Shown here piece by piece: positions 49,941-57,390 of a stretch of DNA of 64,000 nt (the stretch's first letter is position 1; each line of letters starts with the position of its first letter). The DNA is from Candidatus Coproplasma sp. Lineage in GTDB: Bacteria; Bacillota; Clostridia; Christensenellales; Borkfalkiaceae. The stretch is from positions 5,745 to 69,744 of the forward strand of contig JBJEVB010000008.1 of assembly GCA_051884155.1 (NCBI GenBank), given 5' to 3'. The position numbers and the translations under genes were made by a program. Below the pieces are notes generated by a model. The model did no database searches. It saw nothing but the letters and a program-made list of their open reading frames with translations, and was not told the DNA's origin.

Positions 49941-52093
49941 TGGAAAAGAAACGGTTTAATTATCGGTATATAATTTGCATACTTATCACTATAGGTTTTC
50001 TCGCCTGTGGCGTGTTTGTGTTTCCTAATGCTCTTGCCCGTTTGGTTGAGAGTGGTCGGGACTTTGGTTTATCCGTAGCATATTATTTTTGCGAGGTGTT
50101 CGGAATACCTCACGGTATTACGCCAACGGTCAACGATTTGCCGTCTATGCAAATAATACCGCCTATAGGTGGTAGTGCTACTACTACCTTGCCCGAAACG
50201 TGGGACGGTTTTAAATCTAATTGGGGTACATATTGGCAGTTGTGGGTGACAAAAGATAATTTTACGGGTTATTTGTCGTATGTTGGCAATTTACTCTTTA
50301 CACTTTGCAAGGTTATAATTATAGCCTTGCCGTTCGTACTTTTATTGTACATATGGTTAAGCCGTTACCTTAAAAATGAGAATAACGACTACGACAGGGA
50401 TAGCCGTCCGCTTTGTGCTTTTAAGTGGGTTACGGCGCATATATATACGCCTGTTAAAGCTTGGCTTATAGAGCTTTATTGCTTTATAAGAGAGCGTAAA
50501 GGCTATTGGGTAACGTGGCTCTGCTTGTGGCTTTTCTACTTCAATGTGTTCACTATAGTTATTGAGTTCTTTGCTTTCTATTTTTATTTCGTCGTTACGT
50601 TCGACGTGCTGAATATCTATCGGCAGGTGTACAAGCTTTTTTTAGACTTGTGGACGGTGTTAAACTTTGTGCCTATATGGCTGTGGGTGATTATCGGGCT
50701 AATAGTCTTTGACCATTGCCGTAAAAAGATTGCCTATTCACGGTTACACCATTTTGAAATGCGCAATCGTGGGTTTATCAATGCCCGACCTATCGTCTAT
50801 ATGGTGTGCGGTACAATGGGTAAGAAAAAGACAACCGCTATTACAGATATGGCGTTGTCGCAAGAGATAATGTTTAGGGATAAAGCTTTTGAAAAGCTGC
50901 TTGAGAACGATTTGAAGTTTCCCAACTTCCCTTGGATAAATCTTGAAAACGAGCTTAAACGGGCTATGGAATATCACGTTGTGTATAACCTTGCTACGGT
51001 TAAAATATGGGTGCATAAAAAGGCTTATCGTTGGAATAAGACACCAACCCGTAATAGGTTATTCAACTACGATTACGAGCGTTACGGGCTTACATATGAT
51101 GATAAATTAAAGGTCATAAACGTGTGGGAAGCGATAGAAACGTATGCACAACTTTACTTTATCTACGTTATTCAATCTTCCCTGTTAATTGCAAACTACT
51201 CTGTAAGAGTTGATAGTGTTCTTGCCGATTTAGGCAACTTCCCTATGTGGAATAGTGACTTTTTCAAAAGTGATAGCCGTCTTATAGACAGTTACAGTCG
51301 TCACGCCCATATTCTTGACTTTGACAGCCTACGCCTTGGGCGAAAGATTGTTGAGAATAACCGCAACGCAGACTGTTTTGAATTTGGCGTAATTGTGATT
51401 ACGGAAGTCGGCAAGGAACGTGGGAATAAGGTTGAGTTACAGGAAAAGAAAAAGCAAGATGATAGCACTAACCAAAAGAACGATTTATTTAACAGTTGGC
51501 TTAAAATGGTTCGTCACTCTGCAACGGTGGATAACTTCCCGTTTGTGCGTGTGATTACGGACGAGCAACGCCCTGCAAATTGGGGTGCAGACGCCCGTGA
51601 GCTGTGTGAGATTGTGCATATCCGTAACAGCGGTGAAATGTGTCTTGCTATGCCGTTTTTCTCGCTTGCGGAATTGCTGTACGGTTGGTTGTTCGGCAAG
51701 TTTGTTGGGTTGTATTACAAATACCGTTTTGTGCGTTCGGATAATACGTTGCCTATGTATCTGCTTAAAGCGTTTGCGGCAAAAGTACATCATTATTACA
51801 CGGGTATATATAATCGTTTTGGTTTTTGTACTCTCTCTGTGCAGATTGAAAGCGGAACGCAGGACGGACAGTTTGATGAAAATAAGTATTTCTTAATGTC
51901 GAAAAAGATTTACAGTAAACGTTTTTCAACGGACTGTTTTTCAGATTTCTTTATGGAAAAGGCGTTACGTTCATCTATCGGCATAGACGATTTACGGGAA
52001 TACGCAACTGAAAAAGCAACCTTTGATGAGTTGCAGTTGCAAAACAGTTACTTTATCAATGACCTGTTGAATGGTCTTTTAAATAATAATTAA
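49937..52093 (+). CDS. Polytopic membrane protein fused to a P-loop NTPase with Zot/pI-like motifs
   Basis: About 6 TM spans in the first 280 aa, then VCGTMGKKKTT, VIVITEVG and VRHS...VRVITDEQ. Confidence 0.7.
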   Translation: MMEKKRFNYRYIICILITIGFLACGVFVFPNALARLVESGRDFGLSVAYYFCEVFGIPHGITPTVNDLPSMQIIPPIGGSATTTLPETWDGFKSNWGTYWQLWVTKDNFTGYLSYVGNLLFTLCKVIIIALPFVLLLYIWLSRYLKNENNDYDRDSRPLCAFKWVTAHIYTPVKAWLIELYCFIRERKGYWVTWLCLWLFYFNVFTIVIEFFAFYFYFVVTFDVLNIYRQVYKLFLDLWTVLNFVPIWLWVIIGLIVFDHCRKKIAYSRLHHFEMRNRGFINARPIVYMVCGTMGKKKTTAITDMALSQEIMFRDKAFEKLLENDLKFPNFPWINLENELKRAMEYHVVYNLATVKIWVHKKAYRWNKTPTRNRLFNYDYERYGLTYDDKLKVINVWEAIETYAQLYFIYVIQSSLLIANYSVRVDSVLADLGNFPMWNSDFFKSDSRLIDSYSRHAHILDFDSLRLGRKIVENNRNADCFEFGVIVITEVGKERGNKVELQEKKKQDDSTNQKNDLFNSWLKMVRHSATVDNFPFVRVITDEQRPANWGADARELCEIVHIRNSGEMCLAMPFFSLAELLYGWLFGKFVGLYYKYRFVRSDNTLPMYLLKAFAAKVHHYYTGIYNRFGFCTLSVQIESGTQDGQFDENKYFLMSKKIYSKRFSTDCFSDFFMEKALRSSIGIDDLREYATEKATFDELQLQNSYFINDLLNGLLNNN

Positions 52094-52096
52094 GAG

Positions 52097-52555
52097 GTGA
52101 ATTTTATGTTTAAACACGGTAAGACGGGCGAAGTTTATTATTCCGTCCGTGAGAAGATTAATCACTATAAAAAGCGTATAGATGATAAGAGTTTAACTGT
52201 TGCACAGCGAGAATACGCAAAGCAACGTATTGGTGAGTTAACTTATTTAAATAATTTGTCTTATAAAGAGCCTGAACTCATTGTTACGGACGATAAGGTT
52301 TTTGGTAATGGAATAAGTAAACCACGTCTTTGTGCTGTTATTGATGAAGATAATTACGGTCGTTTATACGTTGCACCTATTATGGAACGTACTTCAAAGT
52401 CTATTATTCTTGATAATGACTATAGTCGTCAAATTGGTGATAAACGTAAATGGATAGACCGTAGTAATGTTTACGAAAACAAATATATTGACGGAGTTAA
52501 ACCTCTTACAACTAATGACAAATCAAAAATAAAAATAATTTTAAGAAAAAAATAA
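52097..52555 (+). CDS. Hypothetical protein, distant paralogue of 48593-49057
   Basis: 152 aa, the last ORF before the next sRNA-bearing spacer. Confidence 0.6.
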   Translation: MNFMFKHGKTGEVYYSVREKINHYKKRIDDKSLTVAQREYAKQRIGELTYLNNLSYKEPELIVTDDKVFGNGISKPRLCAVIDEDNYGRLYVAPIMERTSKSIILDNDYSRQIGDKRKWIDRSNVYENKYIDGVKPLTTNDKSKIKIILRKK

Positions 52556-52664
52556 CAACGACTTATTAGGTCGTTGTTTAATGGGATATTTCCCGTCCAC
52601 CGCTGAAGGAAGCGGTGCTTATTCGATAGACCACGCTATTTAATAGCGGAAAGTTACTATCACT
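52545..52664 (-). ncRNA. Candidate small RNA 2 (- strand, ~120 nt)
   Basis: Promoter TTGACT-17-TAAACT. Terminator AACAACGAC/GTCGTTGTT followed by AU7. Confidence 0.5.
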
Positions 52665-52670
52665 GTTATT

Positions 52671-52699
52671 AGTTTAAACAATTCTATGGTAAAAGTCAA
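52671..52699 (-). promoter_or_regulatory. Promoter for sRNA 2
   Basis: TTGACT-17 nt-TAAACT on the - strand. Confidence 0.6.
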
Positions 52700-52758
52700 A
52701 CATTTTTTTATTGCGTAAATAAAATTGATAAGTTTGATAATAAAATCGACTTTATAAG

Positions 52759-52885
52759 TAAAAAAATAACGACGGCTTATTAGGTCGTCGTTGTTGTGGT
52801 CACTATGCCACCCACCGCTTAGAGGAAGCGGTGCTTACTTTGCGGGGCAGAACGTAGTTACTAACCGTTTACCTTCCGCATTTCG
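52759..52885 (-). ncRNA. Candidate small RNA 3 (- strand, ~125 nt)
   Basis: Promoter TTGACT-17-TAAAAT. Terminator AACGACG/CGTCGTT followed by AU7. Shares the CACCGCUUCC..AGCGGUG hairpin with sRNA 2. Confidence 0.5.
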
Positions 52886-52891
52886 TTTATT

Positions 52892-52920
52892 ATTTTAAGG
52901 CATTGTTTTGCAAAAGTCAA
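52892..52920 (-). promoter_or_regulatory. Promoter for sRNA 3
   Basis: TTGACT-17 nt-TAAAAT on the - strand. Confidence 0.65.
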
Positions 52921-52942
52921 TTAAATTTTACTTACTAATAAA

Positions 52943-52963
52943 ATTGAAAATACACTTTCAAAA
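52943..52963 (+). promoter_or_regulatory. Palindromic motif, copy 2
   Basis: Identical 21-mer, 14 nt upstream of the ORF at 52977. Confidence 0.5.
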
Positions 52964-52976
52964 GGCAGGTTCATAA

Positions 52977-53219
52977 ATGAAATCTTTAGTCGAAAAATAC
53001 AATTATAATTCTAAGCTTGATACGGGCTTTTCTCACGGCTATTGTACGGGTGTAAGGTATTACCGTAATCATGGCAATTGTTCGACTGCGGAAAAGCAAA
53101 AGCGAAACGCATTTATAGACGATATGAAAGTAGCGGCGTTAAAAGGTCATTCTTATGCCAAGGGCTTTATGTGTGCCATTCGTGATTGCGCAAACGAGCG
53201 TAAAGGCAAAAAGCAATAA
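52977..53219 (+). CDS. Hypothetical 80-aa Cys/His-containing protein
   Basis: First ORF of the Rep transcription unit. Confidence 0.55.
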   Translation: MKSLVEKYNYNSKLDTGFSHGYCTGVRYYRNHGNCSTAEKQKRNAFIDDMKVAALKGHSYAKGFMCAIRDCANERKGKKQ

Positions 53220-53240
53220 ATTATCTTCTATTTGTTCTAT

Positions 53241-53270
53241 CCCCTTTAGGGGTGTTGCTCCCTGCAAGGG
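53241..53270 (+). promoter_or_regulatory. Double-hairpin motif, copy 2
   Basis: CCCCtttaGGGG-TGTTGCT-CCCTgcaAGGG, 24 nt upstream of the Rep start. Confidence 0.5.
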
Positions 53271-53293
53271 TGTTTAAAATGTGAGATATAAAG

Positions 53294-54280
53294 ATGAACG
53301 CAGTAGACTTACAACCTTTGGACGAATTAGGCTGTCCGTTTCCGTTCTTAGACGAACCGGCACAGCCAACCAAACAGTTTTATAAAATATATCACGACGG
53401 CGGCAGTTACGTTGCAACCCGTTGTTTTCGTAGTCAGTTAAAGCGTAAGGGTAATTCTCATAGTCGAGAGGCTATAGATATTCTCTTCGACAGCCTGTAT
53501 TATCAGGCAACGAAAGACGGGTTGAAAGATACTAAGCTTGAAACGCCGTTTACTGACTATATCAAAACGGGAATACTTAAGGTGTTCCCGTACTTTGCTA
53601 ACGTTGAGAATTATATTGAAGAAAAGGTTAAACGCAAGCGCCATAATTTACAGGTGCGAAAAAAGCGGTTCAGGCGTAAGGCAAACTTAAACTGTTGGAA
53701 CTACTTCGTAACGTTTACTTACGACGATAACAAGCAAACGCCCGACAGTTTTCGGAAGAAGTTACGCAGGTGTTTATCCAACCTGCATACAAGGCGTGGT
53801 TGGCGTTATATGGGCGTATTCGAGTGTGCGCCTGAAACAGGGCGTTTGCACTTCCACGGGCTTTTATACGTTCCTGATGGTGAAATGATAGGACGGTTAA
53901 CGGAAAAAGAAGATTATAGCACGGCACAGCAAAAAATGCAGACAAGAACCGAAAACAGCTTTTTTGAAAAGGCTTTCGGCAGAAACGATTTTACAGGGTT
54001 AAGCGAAATGCAATTAAGGTACGGTCATACATTAGATTACATAGTAAAGTACATAGGCAAGACTGACGAAAAGATAGTTTATTCACGGGGAATACCGACG
54101 GAAGTTTATAAGAAGTTGACGGAAGATAGTATTATTACTGAATTTACGGACTTTGTTGAAAAGTTTGTCCTCTTCGACAACGTTGTTGATTGGGAAGAGG
54201 ATATATTGTGCTATAAATATAAAAAGCAGATGTCAATAATTGATATACTCTGCAACCCACCGCAGTATAACATTGCGTAA
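53294..54280 (+). CDS. HUH-superfamily rolling-circle replication initiator (Rep)
   Basis: Motif 1 NYFVTFTYDD, motif 2 GRLHFHGLLYV, motif 3 LDYIVKYIGK (YxxxY). Confidence 0.85.
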   Translation: MNAVDLQPLDELGCPFPFLDEPAQPTKQFYKIYHDGGSYVATRCFRSQLKRKGNSHSREAIDILFDSLYYQATKDGLKDTKLETPFTDYIKTGILKVFPYFANVENYIEEKVKRKRHNLQVRKKRFRRKANLNCWNYFVTFTYDDNKQTPDSFRKKLRRCLSNLHTRRGWRYMGVFECAPETGRLHFHGLLYVPDGEMIGRLTEKEDYSTAQQKMQTRTENSFFEKAFGRNDFTGLSEMQLRYGHTLDYIVKYIGKTDEKIVYSRGIPTEVYKKLTEDSIITEFTDFVEKFVLFDNVVDWEEDILCYKYKKQMSIIDILCNPPQYNIA

Positions 54281-54491
54281 ATAGTACCCATAATTGAATA
54301 ATTTTCGGACTTGCGCCTATGGCTTTCATACGGCGTTTTTTGGCGTTGACCAAAGATTAACTTAAGACAGAAAACTACCCCCTTTGCTTATTTTGTACCC
54401 TGTAAAATAATAGACGGTGCGACTTTGCAAGCGGTTTAGCGCAAAACGCACCCTTTTTTACAGCGAAAATGCGGTCTATCTGTCTGTCAAA

Positions 54492-54551
54492 AGGCGACAC
54501 CTTGCACTGCCGAGCGCAGCTCGGCACTCGTTTTAGTGCAAGGTGTCGCCT
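54492..54551. other. Nested perfect hairpin (17-bp outer stem, 7-bp inner stem)
   Basis: AGGCGACACCTTGCACT...AGTGCAAGGTGTCGCCT encloses GCCGAGC-GCA-GCTCGGC. Confidence 0.7.
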
Positions 54552-54641
54552 AATACTCTCTCTATCTTTTTGAGAGCTAAAATAGCTTGAATTTTAACGG
54601 AAAATATAAGAAAATACTACGGAAAAGGACGGTTACGGAAA

Positions 54642-55691
54642 ATGAAACGGAAAGGAACGAAAGATTTAACGCTGACACAACGGCGTTCTTTGGAAGATTT
54701 ACTAAAGGCAGGGGTGCATAAAAAACAAATAGCCAAACAGTTGGGCGTGTGTCTTGCAACTGTGTATAACGAAATTAAACGTGGCAGGTGTGAACAGCGT
54801 AAAAAGGTTTACGACGTGTACGGTGATGTCATAGGCTATAAAACGTATATAGTTTATAGTGCGGATATAGCGGAATATAACTACCGCTTTAATCAATCTT
54901 CGCACGGTGCGCCTTTAAAAATCGGCAATGATTATGGGCTTATACGGGAAATTGAAAATCGTGTTATAAACGATAAAATTTCTGCGTGTGCCGCATTGGG
55001 GCGTATCAAGCGTGAAAATGCTTGTCGTACAATTATTAGCAAAACTACGCTTTATAGGTACATACGTTCGGGATATATATTTACCCGTCTGACAATGCAG
55101 GACGTGAAAATCAAGCCTAAACATTATCAAAAGACAACCATTAAACGTGCGCCAAAAGGTACAAGCATTGAAAAACGCCCTGCCGAGATTGCAGAGCGTA
55201 ATTCGTTCGGTCATTGGGAAATGGACTGTGTATTAGGCAGGCAGGGTACTAAACCAACCATTTTAGCCTTTACGGAACGACTAACACGTTATGAGATTGT
55301 TTATAAAATGCCCGACCATAAGACTGCGACCGTCGTTCACTTTGTCAATAAGCTTGAAAAGCGTTACGGAAAGTTGTTCCGCAAGCTGTTTAAAAGTATA
55401 ACCGTTGATAACGGTGTTGAGTTTAGCGACTTTAACGGGCTTGAAAAGTCTATCTATGGCGGTAAGCGGACTAACGTCTATTACTGTCACCCTTATACTT
55501 CGTGCGAACGTGGTTCTAACGAGCGTTTAAACCGTGAAATACGCCGATTGATACCGAAAGGCACTGACCTATCTAATTATAGCGATAAGGACATTAAGGC
55601 GGTTGAAACATGGGTAAACGCATACCCTCGTGAAATCCTCGGGTATGCAACGAGTGCCGAACTTTTTAACGAGCAATTATCCGCAATATAA
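54642..55691 (+). CDS. IS30-family DDE transposase
   Basis: N-terminal HTH (KQIAKQLGVCLATVYNEIKRG). Catalytic triad in GHWEMD, TVDNGVEF and GSNERLN. Confidence 0.9.
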   Translation: MKRKGTKDLTLTQRRSLEDLLKAGVHKKQIAKQLGVCLATVYNEIKRGRCEQRKKVYDVYGDVIGYKTYIVYSADIAEYNYRFNQSSHGAPLKIGNDYGLIREIENRVINDKISACAALGRIKRENACRTIISKTTLYRYIRSGYIFTRLTMQDVKIKPKHYQKTTIKRAPKGTSIEKRPAEIAERNSFGHWEMDCVLGRQGTKPTILAFTERLTRYEIVYKMPDHKTATVVHFVNKLEKRYGKLFRKLFKSITVDNGVEFSDFNGLEKSIYGGKRTNVYYCHPYTSCERGSNERLNREIRRLIPKGTDLSNYSDKDIKAVETWVNAYPREILGYATSAELFNEQLSAI

Positions 55692-55697
55692 TATAAT

Positions 55698-55717
55698 TTG
55701 AAAATACACTTTCAAAA
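55698..55717 (+). promoter_or_regulatory. Palindromic motif, copy 3
   Basis: TTGAAAATACACTTTCAAAA, 7 nt after the transposase stop. Confidence 0.5.
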
Positions 55718-55910
55718 ACAATGCAAGCCGCCGAAAGACGGCTATTTTGTCGTACAACGTTATTGAGCTTAAACCGCTGTTCCGTCTGTCTTTGGCTAAA
55801 GACAGATGATTAAAACCCGTTGAAGTAATCTCTCCAACGGGTATTTTACTATACTCTAAAAAAATTTTTTGAAATCGTAAAAAAATTCTAAAAAAATACT
55901 TGACTTTTCA

Positions 55911-55926
55911 CGCCCTGCACTTACGC
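55911..55926 (+). repeat. Right copy of the 16-bp direct repeat
   Basis: Identical to 42604-42619. Confidence 0.8.
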
Positions 55927-56005
55927 ACAATTTTGCCGCAAAAAAACAGCGGAAAGCCTATTTTTTTAAGCCTTCCGCCTTGACAGTAATAAAATTATTA
56001 ATCTC

Positions 56006-57346
56006 TCAACAATTCTTTCGGGTTTTATTCTTATGCTTTCTGTTGATGATATTCTTCTTTATTATATCCCTTACGGTTATGCAAAGACCTACTATTATAT
56101 AGATATAGTAGACGGCAAGTCGCCAGACGAGAACCGACCAGGCAAGCGTATTGCCTGCCGCTGCGGAGAACGCAAGCGCCGCCATACCTTCCATAACGCC
56201 GGAATTGCCGGGCGTAGGTATGAACGATACGCCGAAGGTTGCGAATGCGTTAAGCGCCATAACCGTTATAAGCTGACCCTCTACGTTGCACGAAAAAGCT
56301 TTCATAACGAAGAAGGGTACCGAGAAGGTTAAAAACGCTTCTGCAAAGCTGACTATAATTAGCAGTACGAGCATTAACGGCGAAGTCGCCATAACCTTGA
56401 AGGAATGCTTGAAATCGTCTACGACCTTAGTTGCCTTTTTAAGCGCCTTCTCTTCGTCCTTGACAATTCGCATCTTTTTGCCTAATCTTACCAACCCCCT
56501 TGTAAGCTTAGTCATCGCCTTAGGGAAAATCAGGAAGAATGCAATGAAGATGGGTATAATAAGGTTTACGCCTACGCCTACCCAGCCCGTAACAAGAAGC
56601 AGCGTCTTACCCGTAGTACCGTCTAAAACGTGTCTTACCGTACCCAAAATCATAAGCACCGAGCCAAGCATTACCCAAGTTATAATGCTTGAGAAATAGC
56701 GGATAAGCACGATTGCAGTTGAGTTGCCGCCGCTTATACCCTTTGAGTTAAGGTAATAAATCTGCATAGGCTGACCGCCCGTTGCAAAGGGGGTTACGGC
56801 GTCGTAGTACTTGCCCAAAAAGCTCGTCTTGATGGACGAAGAAAACCTGAAACTACCCGTAACGGTTTTATCTATTATGCAGAATTTAGTGCAGTCTAAA
56901 AGCATAATGCAGAGCACGACACAGACCAAAAGCACCATAAACCAGGGGCTTGCATTGCTGAAAACGGCAACAAATGACGAACCCGAACCGGGCTTTATTT
57001 CGCCCACTATTCCAAAGAGCGAATAAATACCCAAGGCGATAAGCGCAACTAAAACTACGTTCAAAATTATTTTGGACGCCTTGCTCTTTTGCGGCTTTGC
57101 CTGCTCTGCAGCCTGAGTTTGGTCAGGGGTTCCTTGTTCAACAGCCTGAGTTTGGTTTGAAACTTCTTGCTCTACAGTTTGAGTTTCGGCAATATTTTCC
57201 TGTTCTGCATTCTGTAATTGGTCGGTAACTTCTTGCTCTACGCAGTCTGTTGGAATTGTTTCCGCCGCAGCGTCGTTGCTCTCTATTTTAACGCTATCAT
57301 CAAGCGGTGTATCAAGTTTTAAATTCTCTTCGTCTATCGACAACAC
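56006..57346 (-). CDS. Flippase-like / lysyl-phosphatidylglycerol-synthase TM-region family membrane protein
   Basis: 8 TM spans and a TPFATGGQPMQIYYL motif. The N-terminal extension has Gln/Glu-rich repeats (QxVEQ). Confidence 0.7.
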   Translation of the reverse strand: MLSIDEENLKLDTPLDDSVKIESNDAAAETIPTDCVEQEVTDQLQNAEQENIAETQTVEQEVSNQTQAVEQGTPDQTQAAEQAKPQKSKASKIILNVVLVALIALGIYSLFGIVGEIKPGSGSSFVAVFSNASPWFMVLLVCVVLCIMLLDCTKFCIIDKTVTGSFRFSSSIKTSFLGKYYDAVTPFATGGQPMQIYYLNSKGISGGNSTAIVLIRYFSSIITWVMLGSVLMILGTVRHVLDGTTGKTLLLVTGWVGVGVNLIIPIFIAFFLIFPKAMTKLTRGLVRLGKKMRIVKDEEKALKKATKVVDDFKHSFKVMATSPLMLVLLIIVSFAEAFLTFSVPFFVMKAFSCNVEGQLITVMALNAFATFGVSFIPTPGNSGVMEGMAALAFSAAAGNTLAWSVLVWRLAVYYIYIIVGLCITVRDIIKKNIINRKHKNKTRKNC

Positions 57347-57390
57347 TTCACCTCATACAAGCGCATACTGCGCCTGCGGTTAATTAATAA

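Larger units (their letters stand above)
42604..55926 (+). mobile_element. ~13.3-kb integrated element, candidate ssDNA (inovirus/plectrovirus-like or pleomorphic) prophage
   Basis: Perfect 16-bp direct repeats at both ends. All ORFs on +. Encodes an HUH Rep, an IS30 DDE transposase, a Zot-like membrane NTPase and a run of exported proteins. AT-rich by eye. Confidence 0.65.

Noticed and set aside
54577-55748. Tried to define the IS30-type gene as an independent ~1.17-kb IS with terminal inverted repeats.
   Set aside because: Only an 8-nt match (AAAATAGC) was found between the putative ends, which is far weaker than family-typical IRs. The boundaries are left unresolved.
42604-55926. Alternative identities for the island: Microviridae prophage, tailed prophage remnant, ICE/IME, or a plain surface-protein islet.
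   Set aside because: There is no large soluble jelly-roll-sized capsid candidate and the island is too long for a microvirus. There is no terminase, portal, tail or lysin gene. There is no relaxase, coupling protein or T4SS gene. The presence of Rep, transposase, NTPase and sRNA modules argues against a passive islet. None of these alternatives is formally excluded without HMM searches.
55900-55928. Outward-facing promoter at the right end (TTGACT at 55900-55905).
   Set aside because: The position 17 nt downstream reads ACGCAC in the integrated state and would read ACGCTG on the circle. Neither is a usable -10.
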